This document shows, one piece after another, positions 60,610 through 64,000 of a DNA stretch of 64,000 nucleotides. Origin of the DNA: Clostridia bacterium (GTDB taxonomy: Bacteria > Bacillota > Clostridia > UBA1212 > DUPL01); contig JBMNIW010000008.1 of the NCBI GenBank assembly GCA_050951325.1, positions 160,001-224,000 on the forward strand, read 5' to 3'. Numbering within the stretch: the stretch's first letter is position 1; each line of letters begins with the position of its first letter. The translations under genes were made by a program, and so were the position numbers. The notes under the pieces are model-generated. The model had not been told where the DNA came from, searched no databases, and worked only from the letters and a program-made list of their open reading frames with translations.

Positions 60610-63600
60610 CTATGAACGAATAAACCCAAGTATAACCGGATCCTTTATCTTCTTGTCTTCTGCCAACATTACTATCTTTGTAAGCACCTCAGCAGTTTTG
60701 AGATCATCATCGGCAAAAGGAAGAAATACTCTTCCTCTGTGAGAGGAATGCACTGGAAGAATAGGCATCATTCCCTTTGCCTGCATATGAGCAACACCAC
60801 TTCCCAGGTGAACAGTATATTCGCCAAACTCTCCTTTGATTAGCGCATGGGATTTATTTATTGTAACATTGTCAATCTTGAGAAGTGGAAGCAGCACGTT
60901 GATAAGGGCAGTGCGCATTTCAATAGTGGACAGACTTGCTTCCGGGTCCACACTTCCGTAATGGGCAGCACTGACAAGCAAATCAATATCCCTCATGGCT
61001 TCTGAGAAAAGTACAGGCGGTACTTCCGTGATATTCATAACGTTCCAATTGTCAGTATTGAAAAACTCTACTGAATGTATGGTCGGCACCTCAATATCCA
61101 TAGGCGAAAACCAACCAGACTCAAAGTTCAGTGAAACCATAATATGCTCTTTGAAGTATACTTTGAACAAACCTTCGCTGGTATTCCAAAGGCGCTCTTC
61201 TGCTAGTCTTGCAGCCTTTTGAGGCTGAAGCTGATGTCCTGCATATCGCCTGGATATGGTTTTTTCCTTAAGCTCATCCACATTCGGGCAATAATACTCA
61301 CGAAACACCTGCTTGAAAGGCTGCTTTATTCTCTCAGTATAAAAATGCTTCTGCCAGTCATGCCATGTTTTTGACGTCATTAAATCATAAGGATGGGCAA
61401 TGTATATGTTTTCATCAACCTGAGTCATGCTGCCGTTAAAGTCAACCAAGAAACCATCTGCGAAGAACCCCACAAAGCCACTGCTCACAAAGAGAAGCTT
61501 TTTTGTTGAAGGACCAAGGACAGGATTCCTTGCAAGCAATTCAAGCTCTCTTTTTGTAAACGCATCCCTGTGCACCATGGCTCTTTCCAATGTCTTCCTA
61601 GCCCTTTTTTGCTGCTCTTTCAAAGACTTGACAACCTCCAGCCCTTCCGCTACAACCGGATGGTTTTTGTATGCAGCAGGCACTGACTTTAATACCTTGT
61701 CATCCTTTGTACACTTCATTGAGGCAATGCCTTCTTCATCAAACTCAATTGTTAATATTAGCTCATCCACTTTAACAGACTCAAACCAATGCCTTACACT
61801 ATCGAGTTTCAAGGATTCCATCTGCCAGACAAACCTGTTTGTATCCTCATAACCACCAATGCGAGCTAGATTCTGGATGGCAATATCATAAGCTTGAGCC
61901 TCGCTTTGCCTTCGCATTGCACCAAACTGCCTGCTTTCCTTTCTGAAATTCTCCACAAACATATATCTTTCCAGCAGTTCTTCCTGACTTTCATACGGCA
62001 TCAGTGTATAACCAAGCAGGTAATCCTTGTTCCTTGATTCTGCTACCTTTTCAAACACTTCACTTTTATCAAGCTTTCCTCTCACACTATCCGCAAACGG
62101 CTGGGAACGCTTGTGCAGGTTCCCTCCTGCAATATATTTGGCAGCCTTGTACAACAGGGCAAAGTTTTTCTCTCCCACTTCGCTTAGAGCTTCCCTAAAC
62201 CACCTGGAATCAAAAGCTCCAGCCTTGAAATCCATAGGGGAAATCGAGGAATAGCGGGCCACCAGGGCATTCTTCTCTTCAGTAAAGTATTCATTCAAGT
62301 GGGCATGAAACCACACTCCTGCTTTCTGAAGACCCGGCACCATCAAATATTCCTCCACAATACCAAGCCACTGCGGCGCATACATCGCAGCATCAACAAT
62401 CTTTTGCACTCCAAGTTTCTTAAACTCCTTTATTTGCCCAAGCGTATGGGCATTTTCGCCTTCCTTTGGATAAAGATTCTTGAGTAAAAAACTTAACGTC
62501 TGGCCTTTTGTGCTGTTTCCCCCTGCAAAGTTGTAGCCCCTTACATAATTTCGTTCATTCATCGCACACACAATTTTCGCAAAATTGTAACTGCCATAAC
62601 AGCGATTTATTTTTCCCGCCAATGGAGACAATCTGGAAGGTGCTTCACCACGGTTAATTTCCGTCTCAATTACTTTGTCGATTATCCTATTTACAATCTC
62701 CATGAATTCCTTGTTGTTTTTACGAAAAGATTCGTTTCTTTTCAATGTGGCATTATCCATAAGCTGTTCAAAACCAGGAAGAGTCATAAAGTAGCATACA
62801 TCATTCTCATTAATGATTCCCTCTTTGTACGCCCTGGCAAGGACTTTCAAACCAATGTAGGCACTTGTTTTAAAATTCATCGCTTTTGTATATCCATAAG
62901 CCAGGTGGAAATAATCTTTAAACTCCTCCGATGACATATCCATCATGTATATGCAATTCATCCAATATACAACTGGATTTTTATGACCAATGCAGAAATG
63001 CAGATTGTCATCCTTTTCGTATACCTGCCTCATTGCATCACTCATGTTCGGCAGTTCTTTTTCTAAAAATCTGTGAGAATAGTTGTTGTAAAGATCAAGT
63101 GCAACATCGAAATAAAAGGTGTATTTGTCAGTTACCTCTTCCAGTGCTGCATTAAGATAAGTCTTTACATAGTCGCAGTACGGTATCCTGTGTATATTCT
63201 TATTGTATGACAAGTTAAAAAGCTTCATTGTTTCAAGGCTCAGGGCTCGGTGGTCAACCAGACTGAAATAGAATACGGCTTGAATAAGCTCCTGCCTGGT
63301 AAACAATTTGCTTATTTCTTCCCTGAACTCAGCACCATATGGATAATCGTCAAGATTGTATTTTCGGGGATACTTATTCTTAAGCACCCTTACACTTCTC
63401 TCGCTACCGTAGACAATCTCCTCATTTTCGCTGTAATATACCTCATTTACATGCCTTTTAACGACTTCAGTTAATTTATGTACCTTTTTCTCAAGTTCCA
63501 TCAGGTCAGGTAATGCATCTTTGAATTTGTATGATGGTTTCTTTTTGGGCACAGCAAGTTTGGTTAGCTTGCCATAATCAACCAAACCATATACATCCTC

Positions 63601-64000
63601 ATCGCTTTCTGCGACAACCTCCTCCATGCTGACAATTTCTTTGGCCTTGCTTAATACCTTTTCAAATCTGGAATCAGACTGCATGTCCATAACCATCTGC
63701 CTGGCTGCCAGTTTGCAGTTTGCGTCTTGAGAATTGTGCAATCTTCTCACAGACTCCAGACAGTCCTCGGGACTTTGTTCAAGCAGCAATACCATGATGT
63801 TTTTTCGTAAAGACTCCGTCTTATGACGAAGCATGGATTCAAGCTCCATATATTCTTCCTCGGAAAGCTTCATTTCTTTCAACTTTGATGCCGCAATAAT
63901 TCTCACAAACTTACTCTTGTCGCATGCAGCATTTAGTATTGTCTGCCTGTGTTTTTTTGTCGTCATGTTATTGGAAAGATTCTCAACAAATACAATCCTT
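60610..64000 (-). CDS. Large DUF4132/DUF5724 (MolR-like) protein, 5' end outside the window
   Basis: AMYAPQW, LKSVPA, IAHPYDL, QPFKQVFRE, FSEAMRDIDL, YTVHLGSG. Confidence 0.85.
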   Translation of the reverse strand, partial: RIVFVENLSNNMTTKKHRQTILNAACDKSKFVRIIAASKLKEMKLSEEEYMELESMLRHKTESLRKNIMVLLLEQSPEDCLESVRRLHNSQDANCKLAARQMVMDMQSDSRFEKVLSKAKEIVSMEEVVAESDEDVYGLVDYGKLTKLAVPKKKPSYKFKDALPDLMELEKKVHKLTEVVKRHVNEVYYSENEEIVYGSERSVRVLKNKYPRKYNLDDYPYGAEFREEISKLFTRQELIQAVFYFSLVDHRALSLETMKLFNLSYNKNIHRIPYCDYVKTYLNAALEEVTDKYTFYFDVALDLYNNYSHRFLEKELPNMSDAMRQVYEKDDNLHFCIGHKNPVVYWMNCIYMMDMSSEEFKDYFHLAYGYTKAMNFKTSAYIGLKVLARAYKEGIINENDVCYFMTLPGFEQLMDNATLKRNESFRKNNKEFMEIVNRIIDKVIETEINRGEAPSRLSPLAGKINRCYGSYNFAKIVCAMNERNYVRGYNFAGGNSTKGQTLSFLLKNLYPKEGENAHTLGQIKEFKKLGVQKIVDAAMYAPQWLGIVEEYLMVPGLQKAGVWFHAHLNEYFTEEKNALVARYSSISPMDFKAGAFDSRWFREALSEVGEKNFALLYKAAKYIAGGNLHKRSQPFADSVRGKLDKSEVFEKVAESRNKDYLLGYTLMPYESQEELLERYMFVENFRKESRQFGAMRRQSEAQAYDIAIQNLARIGGYEDTNRFVWQMESLKLDSVRHWFESVKVDELILTIEFDEEGIASMKCTKDDKVLKSVPAAYKNHPVVAEGLEVVKSLKEQQKRARKTLERAMVHRDAFTKRELELLARNPVLGPSTKKLLFVSSGFVGFFADGFLVDFNGSMTQVDENIYIAHPYDLMTSKTWHDWQKHFYTERIKQPFKQVFREYYCPNVDELKEKTISRRYAGHQLQPQKAARLAEERLWNTSEGLFKVYFKEHIMVSLNFESGWFSPMDIEVPTIHSVEFFNTDNWNVMNITEVPPVLFSEAMRDIDLLVSAAHYGSVDPEASLSTIEMRTALINVLLPLLKIDNVTINKSHALIKGEFGEYTVHLGSGVAHMQAKGMMPILPVHSSHRGRVFLPFADDDLKTAEVLTKIVMLAEDKKIKDPVILGFIRS

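Overview
AT-rich (about 40% GC by eye) chromosomal window from an anaerobic Clostridia-like Firmicute, inferred from sortase-type tails, a sigma-28 promoter and a GlpP attenuator. It mixes housekeeping genes (fprA-type flavoprotein, fumC, purC, metY, RidA, G3P oxidation/glpP operon, FGGY kinase) with a large glycan-foraging region (about 21-47 kb plus 7.6-12.1 kb). That region holds mostly unclassified glycoside-hydrolase-like proteins, CBM and lectin surface proteins, three AraC regulators and an ECF module. I saw no rRNA, tRNA, CRISPR array or intact mobile element. Most interesting: (1) an AraC regulator whose N-terminus is a clear copy of the domain of the neighbouring surface lipoprotein, next to a symmetric four-box operator; (2) an unannotated 34-aa peptide with a YxxP, RiPP-leader-like pattern, coupled to a secreted lectin protein with an uncharacterised C-terminal domain; (3) a triple-rubredoxin fusion to a KstD-like flavoprotein; (4) an orphan DUF692 (MNIO) enzyme next to a deletion scar. 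Many genes carry small indels, most likely assembly errors. All family assignments come from motif recognition by eye; no database searches were run.
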